Shown here piece after piece: positions 29,148 through 39,515 of a stretch of DNA of 64,000 nucleotides. The notes under the pieces are model-generated. The model was not told the origin of the DNA. It worked only from the letters and a program-made list of their open reading frames with translations, and ran no database searches. The stretch's first letter is position 1, and each line of letters opens with the position of its first letter. This stretch comes from an uncultured delta proteobacterium (GTDB taxonomy: Bacteria; Desulfobacterota; Binatia; UBA9968): positions 576,001 through 640,000 of the forward strand of contig CAVSHR010000004.1 in the NCBI GenBank assembly GCA_963727625.1. Direction: 5' to 3'. Position numbers and translations under genes: made by a program.

Positions 29148-29401
29148 GGAGACAGTATATGACTATCATATACGGGCGTCAATTATTCGAAGCTCGAGAC
29201 GAAAAAGGCTTCGGGAATCTTTTCCGCTCTGCCAGATACGATTCTAACATTTCCGATTTTCGTCGGTCTCACCACGTGGTCAACGTGAAAGCGCGGTCCT
29301 GTAGCTTCAGTTTGGACGAATTATTCGGCCTTACCCACCGGGCCCGGCAGCAGGCCTGACGAGTCATCAGAGATCGCTCGCATTGAATCTATTGAGAAGC
29401 A

Positions 29402-30607
29402 CTAGTCCTCAGCCCGCGCCGCCATCCAGCCGGCGAGCAGCGCTCCGGTCACTGCGGCGAAGTGCACCGCCGCCATCGGCACCCAGGACCCGTCCGCGAG
29501 CATTCCGGTGAGCTGCTGTAGCGCGGCCGGCCAAAAGAACTGCGAGAACACCACCGCTCCCGAGGCAGAACCAGCAAGCTCGGTGTCGACCGCCATCGCG
29601 CCGGCCTGAGCGTAGGGCATGGAGAGACCCTGGGCGAGGCTGACGAAGATTCCCGGGATGTAGAGCGCGGCCATGGAGACGCCGCCGAAGTAGAGCCAGC
29701 CGACGAGCAGCGCGCCGTTGGCGACACCGACCACGCCGCCCAGGATGGTCATGAATTCGATCGAACGGCTGGCGCCGATGCGCCCCGAGATGAAACTGCC
29801 GGTCATGAAGCCGATCGGGAAGGCGAAGAACCACAAACCGATCTTGGCGGCATCGGCGCCGAGTTGTTCGGCAGCGAGAAATGAGGCCGCGGTCGCCTGG
29901 GTGTAGAAGGCCCCGGACATCAGTCCGGGCTGCAGCATGAAGGCAACGAAACGCGGGCTCCGGAGCAGCGACCTGTAGCCGGCGAATACGCCATGCGGCA
30001 GCGCGGCGCTGCGAGCTCGGGTTTCCGGCACGCCGAAGATTACCGCGAGGATAACCAATAACCCGACAGCCGACGCCAACACGAACAGCGCGCGCCAACC
30101 GAACAGCACGGTCAGCTGGCCGCCGATCGCCGGCGCCACCATCGGCCCGAGCACGTAGGCGGCGGTGAGATAGGCGATCACCTGGGCAACGCGGTCCTGG
30201 CCGTAGACGTCGCGGGCGATGGCGCGCGCCAGCACAACGCCGCACCCCGCGCCCGCTCCCTGCAGGATGCGCCCCGCGAGCAGCATCGGCATATTGGCGG
30301 CGACCATGCAGGCGGCCGCGCCGCAGGTAAACAGCACCAGCCCACCGAGCAGCACGCGCTTGCGCCCGAAGCGGTCGGACAAACCGCCGTAGGCGACCGT
30401 GAAGAAGGCCATCGACAGCATCGCGAGCGACATCGTGAGCTGGGCCACGCCGGTCGAGACTCCAAACGCCTCCTTCACCGCCGACATGGCCGGGATGAAC
30501 AGATGGAGCGAAAGCGGCCCGATGAAGGTGATGGAGACCAGCGCGATGAAGAAATGCCAGCGCGGCCGGAAGAGCGTCGTCATGTTGGGGGTGTCAACGG
30601 GATTCAC
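29402..30607 (-). CDS. Bcr/CflA family drug-resistance MFS transporter (start may be ATG at 30583)
   Basis: GPLSLHLFIPA, YGGLSDRFGRKRVL, GRILQG, ARAIARD; visibly more GC-rich. Confidence 0.9.
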   Translation of the reverse strand: MNPVDTPNMTTLFRPRWHFFIALVSITFIGPLSLHLFIPAMSAVKEAFGVSTGVAQLTMSLAMLSMAFFTVAYGGLSDRFGRKRVLLGGLVLFTCGAAACMVAANMPMLLAGRILQGAGAGCGVVLARAIARDVYGQDRVAQVIAYLTAAYVLGPMVAPAIGGQLTVLFGWRALFVLASAVGLLVILAVIFGVPETRARSAALPHGVFAGYRSLLRSPRFVAFMLQPGLMSGAFYTQATAASFLAAEQLGADAAKIGLWFFAFPIGFMTGSFISGRIGASRSIEFMTILGGVVGVANGALLVGWLYFGGVSMAALYIPGIFVSLAQGLSMPYAQAGAMAVDTELAGSASGAVVFSQFFWPAALQQLTGMLADGSWVPMAAVHFAAVTGALLAGWMAARAED

Positions 30608-30660
30608 CTTGAAGCGCTCGGGATAGCGAACGTCGGCCGGGTTTGCGCGGAATTTGTGGG

Positions 30661-30712
30661 GTCGGTGATCAAGTCGTGGAGTGAAGCGGCTGTGGCCGGC
30701 TATTTCGTTGCA
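30661..30712 (+). repeat. Direct repeat copy 2: diverged duplicate of the hydrolase gene 3' end
   Basis: 20-bp identity, then encodes SVIKSWSEAAVAGYFV versus SVIKSWKEAVTSGYFV. Confidence 0.8.
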
Positions 30713-30851
30713 TGGTGCTCGCCGAAATCTTTACAACTTAGGGCGAACTACCAAACACTGAGCCAATTCTCGACTCTATCCTCTTACGATTGCTGCAGCA
30801 TCCCGTCAATGCCTCGTCATGCATCCAGGCCTCAGGACCACTGTTAAGGAC

Positions 30852-30992
30852 GCCTGCTGGCGCGATCTTCGTAGTCACTAATCCGGCATTATCGAGCGAG
30901 CGGCGCACGGTACCGTTGGCCTTCGCCTCCTCGACGAAGGCGCTTGCATAGGCGAGCCCAGCAGTCCTGCCTTTCGGTACCGCGAACGCTAC
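30852..30992 (-). pseudogene. C-terminal remnant of a family-3 (amino-acid-type) solute-binding protein
   Basis: VAFAVPKGRTAGLAYASAFVEEAKANGTVRRSLDNAGL, preceded by an in-frame TAG and with no start. Confidence 0.6.
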
Positions 30993-31046
30993 CTAGGAAT
31001 TAGGGATGCCCTACCAAGCCCTCCATCGTACCCCGACTCCCGCCGA

Positions 31047-31452
31047 CTACGCCACTTCGAAGCCGAGATCCTTGAGGGCGCGCGAAGCCCGCGGATCGCT
31101 TCATCCACGTCCGGCAGCTCGACTCAGGCGATGCCAATGAAGTAATCCTTGCCGGCGAGCTCTTCCGCAACCGTATCGTTTTAAGCGCGCGCCATCGCGA
31201 CGCCCAAGTCACGCTCGACTTCATAGATCAGCGGGCGGTTGTCGGCGAGCACCACTTGATAGTCGAAGCCTTCCCGCAGCATGACATCCCGGTGCATCGC
31301 CAGATTCCAACGCGTCTCGCTGAAAGAGTGGATTTTCTTGCCATCGTGTTAATAGGTCGCGGCGTCGCCGGGAAATTTTTCGCCGCAGCGGATCATCTAG
31401 CCTGCGCCTTCTTTGAATTCAACCAGTCATGGGTATCGCCGTCGATGTACAT
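31047..31452 (-). pseudogene. Degraded Amidohydrolase_2 gene (N-terminal half)
   Basis: MYIDGDTH...REGFDYQVVL...AMARA*ND...FIGIA*VELPDV; several stops and frameshifts. Confidence 0.65.
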
Positions 31453-31586
31453 CTCCCACTTCGACTGAAATAATCCCGCCGATTCTAGGGCGCAGCGCCG
31501 CCAAGGTCAATCACGTTTGACGCAATCATGGCGAATCGCTACATTGGCGCCTGACATCCCGACCAGAACAAGGACCCAACCAACGA

Positions 31587-32846
31587 GTGGCATCCACGGA
31601 AGATCATTTTCCGACCGAGCAAGTACCCCCGCCGAATATCCGCCCCTGGTCCTCGCTGTTGATTCGCGACTATCGACTGATCTTTATCGCAATCATGTGC
31701 GCCAACACAGCGAACCAAATGCGCAACGTGGCGAGCCTTTATCAAGTTTATCAGTTGTCGGGTTCATCGGTGCAGCTCGGCTTGGCGGGTTTTTTCCAAG
31801 CCTTGCCCTTTATTATTTTCGGCTTGTTCGGCGGTGTCCTCGCCGACACGATCAACCGCAAAAAGCTGATCGTGACCACCCATCTTTGTAACGTTCTGCC
31901 CGATTTGGCGCTTGCCTTGCTCACCGTCACCGGCCGGGTTCAGGTCTGGCATATCTATACCCTCAATGTCGTCGCTTCATCGCTACAAGTTCTCGGCGGA
32001 CCGGCGCGCCAAGCGATCATTCCGGGGCTGGTGCCGCAGACCTATCTTCTCAATGCGGTCACGATAGCGACCTTGATGATGCAAGGGAGTCAACTGACCG
32101 CACCTGTGATCGCCGGTTTTCTGATCGATTTTCTAGGCATCCACGTTTCATACGTCACCGACGCCATACTGTTTATTCCATCGGTAATCTGCGTATGGCT
32201 CATCCGGGCCCCGGGCCGGCCGCAGGGCCAGCGTCGCAAGATTAGCTGGAGAAGCCTGATCGAAGGCTTCGAGTTTTTGTGGCACACCCCAATCGTATTA
32301 TCTTTGTTTGTCCTGGATTTTTTCGCCGTGCTGTTCGGCTTTTTTCGGCCCATCCTGCCGATCTTCGCCGAGAGCGTCTTCCATGTCGGCGCGCGCGGCT
32401 TGGGCATGCTTTACGCGGCGCCCGCGGTCGGAGCGATGGTGGGTTCGGCGCTCTTGCTCGCGGCCGGCGATATCAAGCGCAAAGGAGCTGTTTCTATCGT
32501 AGCGACGTTGCTGTTTGGCCTCAGCCTTGCTCTTCTTGGGTTGTCGAAAAATCTTTTGATGGGTCTGTTTGCGGTCGGAGCGCTAGGCTTCAACGACGCC
32601 ATCACCGTCACAATCCGCCGAACCGTGGTGCAAATTATCGCGCCCGACGACATGCGCGGTCGCGCGACCAGCTTTCTGACCGTCTTCGCGCAAACGACGA
32701 ACGCGACCGGGGCAATCATCGCCGGGGCTGGCGTGGCGTTGCTCGGCGCGTCCAATGCCGCGCTGGTCGGTAGCCTATTATGCACGCTGACGATTATCGG
32801 AACTTGCTGGGCAATACCCCAGCTGTGGAGTTATCGCTCGGATTGA
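31587..32846 (+). CDS. MFS transporter (MFS_3/EntS-like)
   Basis: RDYRL, GGVLAD..NRK, PARQAIIP, GLGMLYAAP, MRGR. Confidence 0.88.
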   Translation: MASTEDHFPTEQVPPPNIRPWSSLLIRDYRLIFIAIMCANTANQMRNVASLYQVYQLSGSSVQLGLAGFFQALPFIIFGLFGGVLADTINRKKLIVTTHLCNVLPDLALALLTVTGRVQVWHIYTLNVVASSLQVLGGPARQAIIPGLVPQTYLLNAVTIATLMMQGSQLTAPVIAGFLIDFLGIHVSYVTDAILFIPSVICVWLIRAPGRPQGQRRKISWRSLIEGFEFLWHTPIVLSLFVLDFFAVLFGFFRPILPIFAESVFHVGARGLGMLYAAPAVGAMVGSALLLAAGDIKRKGAVSIVATLLFGLSLALLGLSKNLLMGLFAVGALGFNDAITVTIRRTVVQIIAPDDMRGRATSFLTVFAQTTNATGAIIAGAGVALLGASNAALVGSLLCTLTIIGTCWAIPQLWSYRSD

Positions 32847-32916
32847 TCCTGGGGTTGCGCACTGGCGTTCTTACCTTGCACCCTTGAACGGTTAAACGTT
32901 GGAACGGCCGCTTGCT

Positions 32917-34218
32917 TTATTGCTCCGTCGTCAACAGCGCCACCGTTTCCACTTCTTCCGTCTGCGGGAACATATCGAAGGGCTGAATCTGGGCGATCCG
33001 ATAATTTACTGCCAAGAGCTTGTCGAGATCCCGCGCCAAGCTGCGCGGCGCACAGGAAACGTAGACGAGCGTCGGCGCATCAAACTCAAGCAGCGCCGCC
33101 AGGGCTGCGGGCTGAAGCCCCTTGCGCGGCGGGTTGAGCACCGCCAGATCGACCTTGGACAAGGTTTGACGCAATTGTGACGCAACCGCCGCGACATCGC
33201 CGGCGATGAAACGGCAGTTGCCCCGGCCGTTGCGCCGGGCATTTTGCTTCGCCGTGGCGATCGCCGCCTCGCTTTCATCGATGGCCCAAACCTGCCGCGC
33301 GCAGTCTGCGAGCAGGAGCGCCATCGGGCCCACACCGCAATACAAGTCGAGCACGGTTTCACCGCCCTGCAAGCCGGCCATCGCGCAGACATGCTCATAG
33401 AGCTTGCGCGCAGTGAAAGGGTTAGCCTGAGAAAAGACACCGGGCGGAAAGACCAACTTCAAATCGCCGACCCGCTCCATAATCGTGTCGCGCCCGCCCA
33501 GCGTGCGAAAGCTTTTTCCCCAGATGACGTTGCCGCGCTCTTCATTTACATTTTGGATCACCCCGGTGATAAACGGAAAGCGCTCGATTAGGGCGCGCGC
33601 AAGCAGCTGGCCCTGCGGAAAAGTGTTATGCCGCGTGACCAGCGTCAGGCTCAGCTCGCGCCGTGCAACGCTGTAGCGAAAATCTAAATAGCGCAGATCG
33701 CCGCTGTCGTCGCGCTCGTCATAGGGCGCGATGGCATGCTCCAAAATTTTCTTCTTGAGATAAAACACCACCTGATTCACCGGCTGCGGATGCACCGGGC
33801 AAGCGGAGATATCGATGACCCGATGGCTGTGCGGCACGTAGAGCCCCATGGCGATCTGATTGCGGTTCTTGCGCACGACGAGTTTCACGCGCGCCCGGTA
33901 ACCCAAACGCCGCGGCGAAGCGATGACTGGCGGCACTTCAATACCAGCAAGCGATGGATACTCGGCCAAGGCCTGGCTAACAATCGTCCGCTTTCTGGTC
34001 AACTGTTCGGGATAAGGAACCTTGATAAAAGGACAGCCGACGCAGGCCGGATAATGTGGACAATAGGCCTCGTATTCGTCTCGGGCCGACGCACCAAACT
34101 CTCGTTGACCGGCGGGCTTAGAACGCGGATGGGAAGTTTTACTATATTTTTTGTTCACCTCGGGAAGATTACCGGCCAATGCAGCCGGGGTCAATGCACG
34201 CTGGAAGACCCGCCGCAC
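32917..34218 (-). CDS. rlmD: 23S rRNA (uracil-1939-C5)-methyltransferase (start probably GTG at 34158)
   Basis: 4Fe-4S CPHY..C.GC, FSQAN, DLYCGVG, NPPRKG, YVSC, DMFPQT..VE. Confidence 0.9.
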   Translation of the reverse strand: MRRVFQRALTPAALAGNLPEVNKKYSKTSHPRSKPAGQREFGASARDEYEAYCPHYPACVGCPFIKVPYPEQLTRKRTIVSQALAEYPSLAGIEVPPVIASPRRLGYRARVKLVVRKNRNQIAMGLYVPHSHRVIDISACPVHPQPVNQVVFYLKKKILEHAIAPYDERDDSGDLRYLDFRYSVARRELSLTLVTRHNTFPQGQLLARALIERFPFITGVIQNVNEERGNVIWGKSFRTLGGRDTIMERVGDLKLVFPPGVFSQANPFTARKLYEHVCAMAGLQGGETVLDLYCGVGPMALLLADCARQVWAIDESEAAIATAKQNARRNGRGNCRFIAGDVAAVASQLRQTLSKVDLAVLNPPRKGLQPAALAALLEFDAPTLVYVSCAPRSLARDLDKLLAVNYRIAQIQPFDMFPQTEEVETVALLTTEQ

Positions 34219-34227
34219 TGCGGCAAA

Positions 34228-34647
34228 CTATTCGCCGATAATTTTCACCAGCACGCGCTTCTTCCGCCGGCCGTCGAACTCGCCGTAGAAAATCTGCTCC
34301 CACGGCCCGAAATCCAGTTTGCCCTCGGTGATCGCCAGGACCACCTCCCGGCCCATCACCTGCCGTTTCATATAAGCGTCGGCATTGTCTTCGCCGGTGT
34401 CGTTGTGGCGGTACTGCTTAATCGGTTCGTGCGGCGCGAGTTTTTCGAGCCAGACGGTGTAATCGTGGTGCAACCCGGACTCGTTGTCGTTGATAAAAAC
34501 CGATGCCGTAATATGCATGGCATTGACTAAAACGAGTCCCTCCCTGACGCCGCTCTCCCGAACACAGTCCTCCACCTGATGAGTAATGTTCACGAAACCG
34601 ACCCGCGTCGGCGTATTAAACCAGAGCTCTTTGCGAGAACTTTTCAT
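34228..34647 (-). CDS. yjbQ: YjbQ/UPF0047 family protein
   Basis: [36 protein letters not shown]. Confidence 0.92.
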   Translation of the reverse strand: MKSSRKELWFNTPTRVGFVNITHQVEDCVRESGVREGLVLVNAMHITASVFINDNESGLHHDYTVWLEKLAPHEPIKQYRHNDTGEDNADAYMKRQVMGREVVLAITEGKLDFGPWEQIFYGEFDGRRKKRVLVKIIGE

Positions 34648-34759
34648 GACATCGCACCTCGACCATTTGATCTATGGTCTAAGAATTTATACAGATATTA
34701 GACGCTAAAGTCAGTCGTGAGCACGATTCGAGCACCACTCGCGGCTTTTTCCAGGCCAA

Positions 34760-34800
34760 CGATTGGAACGGCTTGAACGGCTGAAACGATTTGAACGTTT
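34760..34800. repeat. Short-period TTGAAC-type intergenic repeat (one member of a dispersed family)
   Basis: TTGGAACGGCTTGAACGGCTGAAACGATTTGAACG; similar arrays near 8349, 10855, 32884, 36300, 44222 and 61372. Confidence 0.7.
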
Positions 34801-34814
34801 TTTGCGGAGGAACA

Positions 34815-36278
34815 ATGAGCGACGAAGTCCGTTTTATCGATACTACGGTGCGCGACGGCAATCAGAGCCTTTGGGCGCTGAACCTGAAGATCGGTTCCAT
34901 GCTGCCGGCGTTGCCCCATATGGACGAAGCCGGCTTCGAGTCGATGGAATTTTTTCTCAGCGTGATCTTTAAAAAGTATGTGCGCGAACACAAGGAAAAT
35001 CCCTGGTACTGGCTCAAGGAAGGAACCCAACGCATTAAAAAAACTCGCTTGCGTTATCACGGCGGCATGCACAGCGCCTTTGAGAAAACCCCGCACTGCA
35101 TTCTCAAGCTCTTGGTTGAAAGGCTCGTCTCCTACGGTTTGACGTTGACGCGCACGTCAAATTGCTGGAATGACTATGACGCATTCAAAGAGGAAATAGA
35201 CGATTTGAAAAAGCACGGCATGGACACCGTGGCAAACCTGATTTACTCGGTCTCGCCGCGCCACACCGACGCCTATTACGCGCAGAAGGCTAAAGAAGCC
35301 GCCGCCAGCAACCCCTGGAGAATTTGCTTCAAAGATGTCGGCGGCCTGCTCACGCCGGAGCGGGCGCGTACTTTAATCCCCGTGGTGCTCAAGGCCGCCG
35401 GCGATATTCCGGTGGAGTTCCATGCCCATTGCAACAGCGGCCACGCGCCCGTCAACTATCTCGAAGGCGTCAAGCTTGGCATGCGCATTCTTCATACCGC
35501 CATTCCGCCGCTCGCGAACGGTTCGTCACAGCCCTCGGTATTCAATATCGCGAACAATCTAAGGGCGCTCGGCTTCGACCCGCAGGTCGATCTCAAACCG
35601 CTTGAACCGGTGGTGAAACATTTCACTGCGGTGGCGAAGAGAGACGGCCTGCCGATCGGCAAACCGGTGGAATACGACCACTCGATGTACGGTCACCAGG
35701 TTCCCGGCGGCATGATTTCCAATATGCGCCACCAGTTAAAGATCGTCGGCAAAGAACATCTAATGGACGCGGCGTTGGAAGAAGCCGCCGAAGTGCGCAA
35801 AGATTTCGGTTACCCGATCATGGTGACGCCGCTGTCGCAATTCGTCGGCACGCAAGCGGCGATCAACGTCATCGTCGGCGAGCGCTACAAAGAAGTACCG
35901 GATCAGAACATTCAGTACGCCTTGGGCATTTGGGGCCACGAAGCCGTCGAAGTAATGGACCCGAACGTCCGCGATAAAATCCTCACCCGGCCGCGCGCCA
36001 TGGAATGGACGCACTGGGAACAACCCGAACCATCGTTGCACGAGGTCCGGCAGAAATATGGCGTGCAGCTTTCCGACGAAGAGCTAATTTTACACTACTT
36101 CGCCGGTGAGGATTACGTAAAAGCGCTGCCCAATGGCGGCAAACCGCGCGAATATTTGGACGCCACCCAGCCGTTGGTGAAAATCATCGAGCAGCTCTCC
36201 AAGCGCAAAGAATCAAACCGGGTCTACATCAAGCAACCGGGATTCACGATCAGGATGGAGAAACGCGCGACGATTTAG
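34815..36278 (+). CDS. Pyruvate/oxaloacetate carboxyltransferase (PycB/OadA/transcarboxylase 5S-like) without a biotinyl domain
   Basis: DTTVRDGNQSL, FKDVGG, HAH, HQVPGGMISN, GYPIMVTPLSQFVG; no AMKM motif. Confidence 0.85.
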   Translation: MSDEVRFIDTTVRDGNQSLWALNLKIGSMLPALPHMDEAGFESMEFFLSVIFKKYVREHKENPWYWLKEGTQRIKKTRLRYHGGMHSAFEKTPHCILKLLVERLVSYGLTLTRTSNCWNDYDAFKEEIDDLKKHGMDTVANLIYSVSPRHTDAYYAQKAKEAAASNPWRICFKDVGGLLTPERARTLIPVVLKAAGDIPVEFHAHCNSGHAPVNYLEGVKLGMRILHTAIPPLANGSSQPSVFNIANNLRALGFDPQVDLKPLEPVVKHFTAVAKRDGLPIGKPVEYDHSMYGHQVPGGMISNMRHQLKIVGKEHLMDAALEEAAEVRKDFGYPIMVTPLSQFVGTQAAINVIVGERYKEVPDQNIQYALGIWGHEAVEVMDPNVRDKILTRPRAMEWTHWEQPEPSLHEVRQKYGVQLSDEELILHYFAGEDYVKALPNGGKPREYLDATQPLVKIIEQLSKRKESNRVYIKQPGFTIRMEKRATI

Positions 36279-36362
36279 GGAAAGGGAGTTTTCTGATTTC
36301 GAACGGCTTGAACGTTTTGAACGATTGGGACGTTGAACGCCGTAATGCCTGCACCGCAGCCG

Positions 36363-37019
36363 CTACGGATCATCCCCCTCGCTCGCCGCTCCCGGCGCCA
36401 AGTGACTCACGTCGCCCCAGGTTAAGAGCATCCAATTGTCCTCTTCGCGGGCGAAGACGTTCAAGCCTGCGTTGACGAACTCGAAGCGGCGCGGCGCTTC
36501 CAGGGGAATCTCCAGGGTATAGCGAAAGAATCCGCTCACCACCCCGCCATGAGTCACGATGACGATCTGTTCGCCTCGATGCTTAGCCGCCAGCTCGTTC
36601 AAGTAGGCGACGTTGCGCACGACCTGCTGGCGCATGCTTTCACCGCCCGGAATGACGTAATCCGGCCCCGTGGTACGAAACTGGCGGCGCTCTTCCGGAT
36701 ACTTTGCGGTGATCTCTTCGGCGTTATGTCCTTGAAAAATTCCCAGGTGGCGTTCGCGCAATCGCGCATCTGTGAAGATCTCGTGGCCGGTCAATTCGGC
36801 GATTGCCATCGCGGTTTGCACCGCCCGGCCGAGGTCGCTGCTGTAAAGCGCAGTGAATTTCTCCCGCGCTAAGCGCGCTGCCAGCGCGTTCGCCTGAGCA
36901 ACACCCCTGGCGGTCAATTTGCTGTCGAGATGCCCTTGACGGATACCCTTGATATTCCACTCGGTCTGGCCATGCCGGACAATGATGACTTGCGTGCGCT
37001 CCATTGACTTTGATTCCAT
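36363..37019 (-). CDS. Histidine phosphatase family protein (GpmB-like)
   Basis: RHGQTEWN, YSSDLGRA, LRER.LG, PGGES, THGG; start at 37019 or 37004. Confidence 0.9.
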   Translation of the reverse strand: MESKSMERTQVIIVRHGQTEWNIKGIRQGHLDSKLTARGVAQANALAARLAREKFTALYSSDLGRAVQTAMAIAELTGHEIFTDARLRERHLGIFQGHNAEEITAKYPEERRQFRTTGPDYVIPGGESMRQQVVRNVAYLNELAAKHRGEQIVIVTHGGVVSGFFRYTLEIPLEAPRRFEFVNAGLNVFAREEDNWMLLTWGDVSHLAPGAASEGDDP

Positions 37020-37171
37020 TAGAATTTCGGCACCCTCAACATCCAATGTGTTGCAGTTATTGTCAACGTCCGGCTCTGGACTTAGGTCGCGAACTCGATA
37101 GGATTTGATTTGGCGTAACTTCGCCGCATTGTTATCCAAAGAATCATGTTCGATCAATCTTGAGTTACAGT

Positions 37172-39496
37172 ATGCCTAAAGATATACCCCCGAAGCAATC
37201 TTCGCTGCGCATCGTCGGCCGATCGGTACCGCGCGTCGACGGGCGCGCCAAAGTTACCGGCACCGCGGAATTTTCCGCCGACCGTTTGTCTGTGAAGCAG
37301 CTCTTGTATGGCAAAACCCTGCGCAGCTCCCATGCCCACGCGGAAATTCTTCGCATCGATGCGCGCAAAGCGGCGGCTCTCCCCGGCGTGCGCACGGTGG
37401 TCACCTTTCAAGACGCGCCAGCTATTCCTTACGAAACTGGCGATGACCCGGTCACCGACGGTGCCGTAGCGCCCGTCTACTTGCTCAATAGAACGGTGCG
37501 CCACGTCGGTGACGAGATCGCCGCCGTAGCGGCCGACACCGAGGAAATCGCCGACGAAGCCTTGCGCTTGATCGAAGTCGAGTATCGTTCCCTGCCCTTT
37601 GTCATCGATGCCGAGCGGGCGCTCGAAGCCGATGCGCCGTCGGTTCGCGGCGGCACCAACCTCGCCGGTAAAAAACCTATTGAATTTTGCCGCGGCGATG
37701 TCCGCCGCGGCATGACAGAAGCCGACATCCTTTTCGACCAGACATACCGAACACAATCGACTAGCCCGCTCGCTCTGGAACCCCGCTATAGCCTGGCTGC
37801 GTGGGATGGCGACCGCCTCACGGTGTGGAAAGCCAGCCGCAACGTTTACGGCGACCGGGAAAAACTCGCCAAAGTTTTCACCTTGCCGCATGATCAGGTG
37901 CGCGTTATCGCGTCGTACCTGGGCGGCGGCTTCGGCAGCAAAGACGAAACCCGTCTAGGCGCGATCACGGCGCTGCTTGCGCGCAAGACCGGCAAACCGG
38001 TGCGCATGGGCTACAGCCGCGAAGAAGAATTGGGCTACGGCAAATGGCGCCACGCCACCGCAACGCGGATTCGCATGGGACTCAAACGTGAAGGTACGAT
38101 CACGGCGATTGATACCACGAGCACACTCAATACCGGCCCCTATTCACCAGGTTACGGTGTGGCATCTCGACTCGGCCACGGTCTCACTTATCTCTATCGC
38201 TGTCCCAACGCGCGCTTTGTCGGCAAGGTCGCCTACACCAACAGTCCCTTGGCCGGTTCCTATCGCGGCCTCGGCGCGCCCCAAGCCCACTTTGCCCTGG
38301 AGTCCTGCGTCGACGAAGTCGCCGAAAGGCTCGGTATCGATCCGCTCGAATTTCGTTTGCGCCATTGCGTCGGTCCCGAGGGTCAGCCGGGAGCGCGCGT
38401 TACGGCGATCGACAGCCTCATTCCCGCGCAACCGATCGAAGGCGGCGTGCCATTCTCGAGCAACCACCTAGCGGAATGCCTTCGCGTGGGCGCCGAACGA
38501 ATCGGCTGGAAAACACACTCCGACGGCCCGCGCAGAAGCTTACTCGATGGCAAATATCGCGGCATGGGCTTGGCCGCGTGTATTTATAAGACCGGTCAAT
38601 CCCAGTCCTCGGCGATCGTAAAGATTCGAGATGACGGCAGCGCCGAACTGTTTATGAGCATTACCGAAATCGGCCAGGGCGCCTGGACCATTTTACGTCA
38701 AATCGTCGCCGAAACTCTCGGTGTAAATTTTGATAAAGTTCACGCTACCTTCGCCGATACGGCAAAAACGCCATTTGCCCACAGCACCTCGGGCAGCACG
38801 ACAACCTTCACCTCGGGACTGGCGGCTCGGCAGGCCGCGGACGACGCGAAGCAGCGCTTGTTGACAAGCGCCGGAAAAATTCTCGAAATCGAGCCGGAGC
38901 ATTTGGTTTTACGGGATCGTTACGTCGCCATCGCCGACACACCGGAAATCAAGATTCCCATTGGTCACGTCATCCGGCGCCAGCCAAGTCAGCTTATCGT
39001 GGGCGAAACAAAACTGCGCGCCGGCAGCAAGACCCATATTATCAATTCCTTCGCCGCCCACTTCGCCGAAGTGGACGTCGATCCCGATACCGGCGCGGTG
39101 TCCGTCCGCCGCTATGTCGCGGCCCACGACTCCGGCCGGATCGTCCACCCCGAGGCCGCGCGCGGCCAGATCATCGGGGGTGTGGTGCAAGGCATCGGCT
39201 ACGCGTTGATGGAAGAGATTGCCATGGACCCCGACACCGGCGCGCCGCTCACGCTCAACCTCGATTCATTTAAAATTCCCAATTTGATCGACGTCCCGCC
39301 CATCGAAGCGATTTTGATCGAAGAGCCCGATCCCGTCGGCCCCTTTGGCGCCAAGGCCCTTGGCGAACCCCCCCTGGTACCGGTCGCTGCGGCCATTGCC
39401 AACGCCGTCTATGATGCTACCGGCGTGCGCATCCGTGAGCTGCCGATCACGGCGGAAAAAGTGCGCCAGGGATTGTTCTTAAATTCTCGTCCATAG
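37172..39496 (+). CDS. Xanthine dehydrogenase/aldehyde oxidase family molybdopterin-binding large subunit
   Basis: GRSVPRVDG..KVTG, GGGFGSK, YRGLGAPQ, GQG, GQIIGG..QG.G, GAKALGE. Confidence 0.92.
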   Translation: MPKDIPPKQSSLRIVGRSVPRVDGRAKVTGTAEFSADRLSVKQLLYGKTLRSSHAHAEILRIDARKAAALPGVRTVVTFQDAPAIPYETGDDPVTDGAVAPVYLLNRTVRHVGDEIAAVAADTEEIADEALRLIEVEYRSLPFVIDAERALEADAPSVRGGTNLAGKKPIEFCRGDVRRGMTEADILFDQTYRTQSTSPLALEPRYSLAAWDGDRLTVWKASRNVYGDREKLAKVFTLPHDQVRVIASYLGGGFGSKDETRLGAITALLARKTGKPVRMGYSREEELGYGKWRHATATRIRMGLKREGTITAIDTTSTLNTGPYSPGYGVASRLGHGLTYLYRCPNARFVGKVAYTNSPLAGSYRGLGAPQAHFALESCVDEVAERLGIDPLEFRLRHCVGPEGQPGARVTAIDSLIPAQPIEGGVPFSSNHLAECLRVGAERIGWKTHSDGPRRSLLDGKYRGMGLAACIYKTGQSQSSAIVKIRDDGSAELFMSITEIGQGAWTILRQIVAETLGVNFDKVHATFADTAKTPFAHSTSGSTTTFTSGLAARQAADDAKQRLLTSAGKILEIEPEHLVLRDRYVAIADTPEIKIPIGHVIRRQPSQLIVGETKLRAGSKTHIINSFAAHFAEVDVDPDTGAVSVRRYVAAHDSGRIVHPEAARGQIIGGVVQGIGYALMEEIAMDPDTGAPLTLNLDSFKIPNLIDVPPIEAILIEEPDPVGPFGAKALGEPPLVPVAAAIANAVYDATGVRIRELPITAEKVRQGLFLNSRP

Positions 39497-39515
39497 ACCG
39501 GCGGATCTCGGCGAC

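Noticed and set aside
29159-29400. Possible gene remnant between brnT and the Bcr/CflA gene
   Set aside because: No frame gives a recognisable motif
34760-36340. TTGAAC arrays as a CRISPR array
   Set aside because: Units are 7-9 bp with no spacers and there are no cas genes
37020-37157. N-terminal extension of the histidine phosphatase ORF
   Set aside because: AT-rich divergent promoter region; the family domain begins at MERTQ
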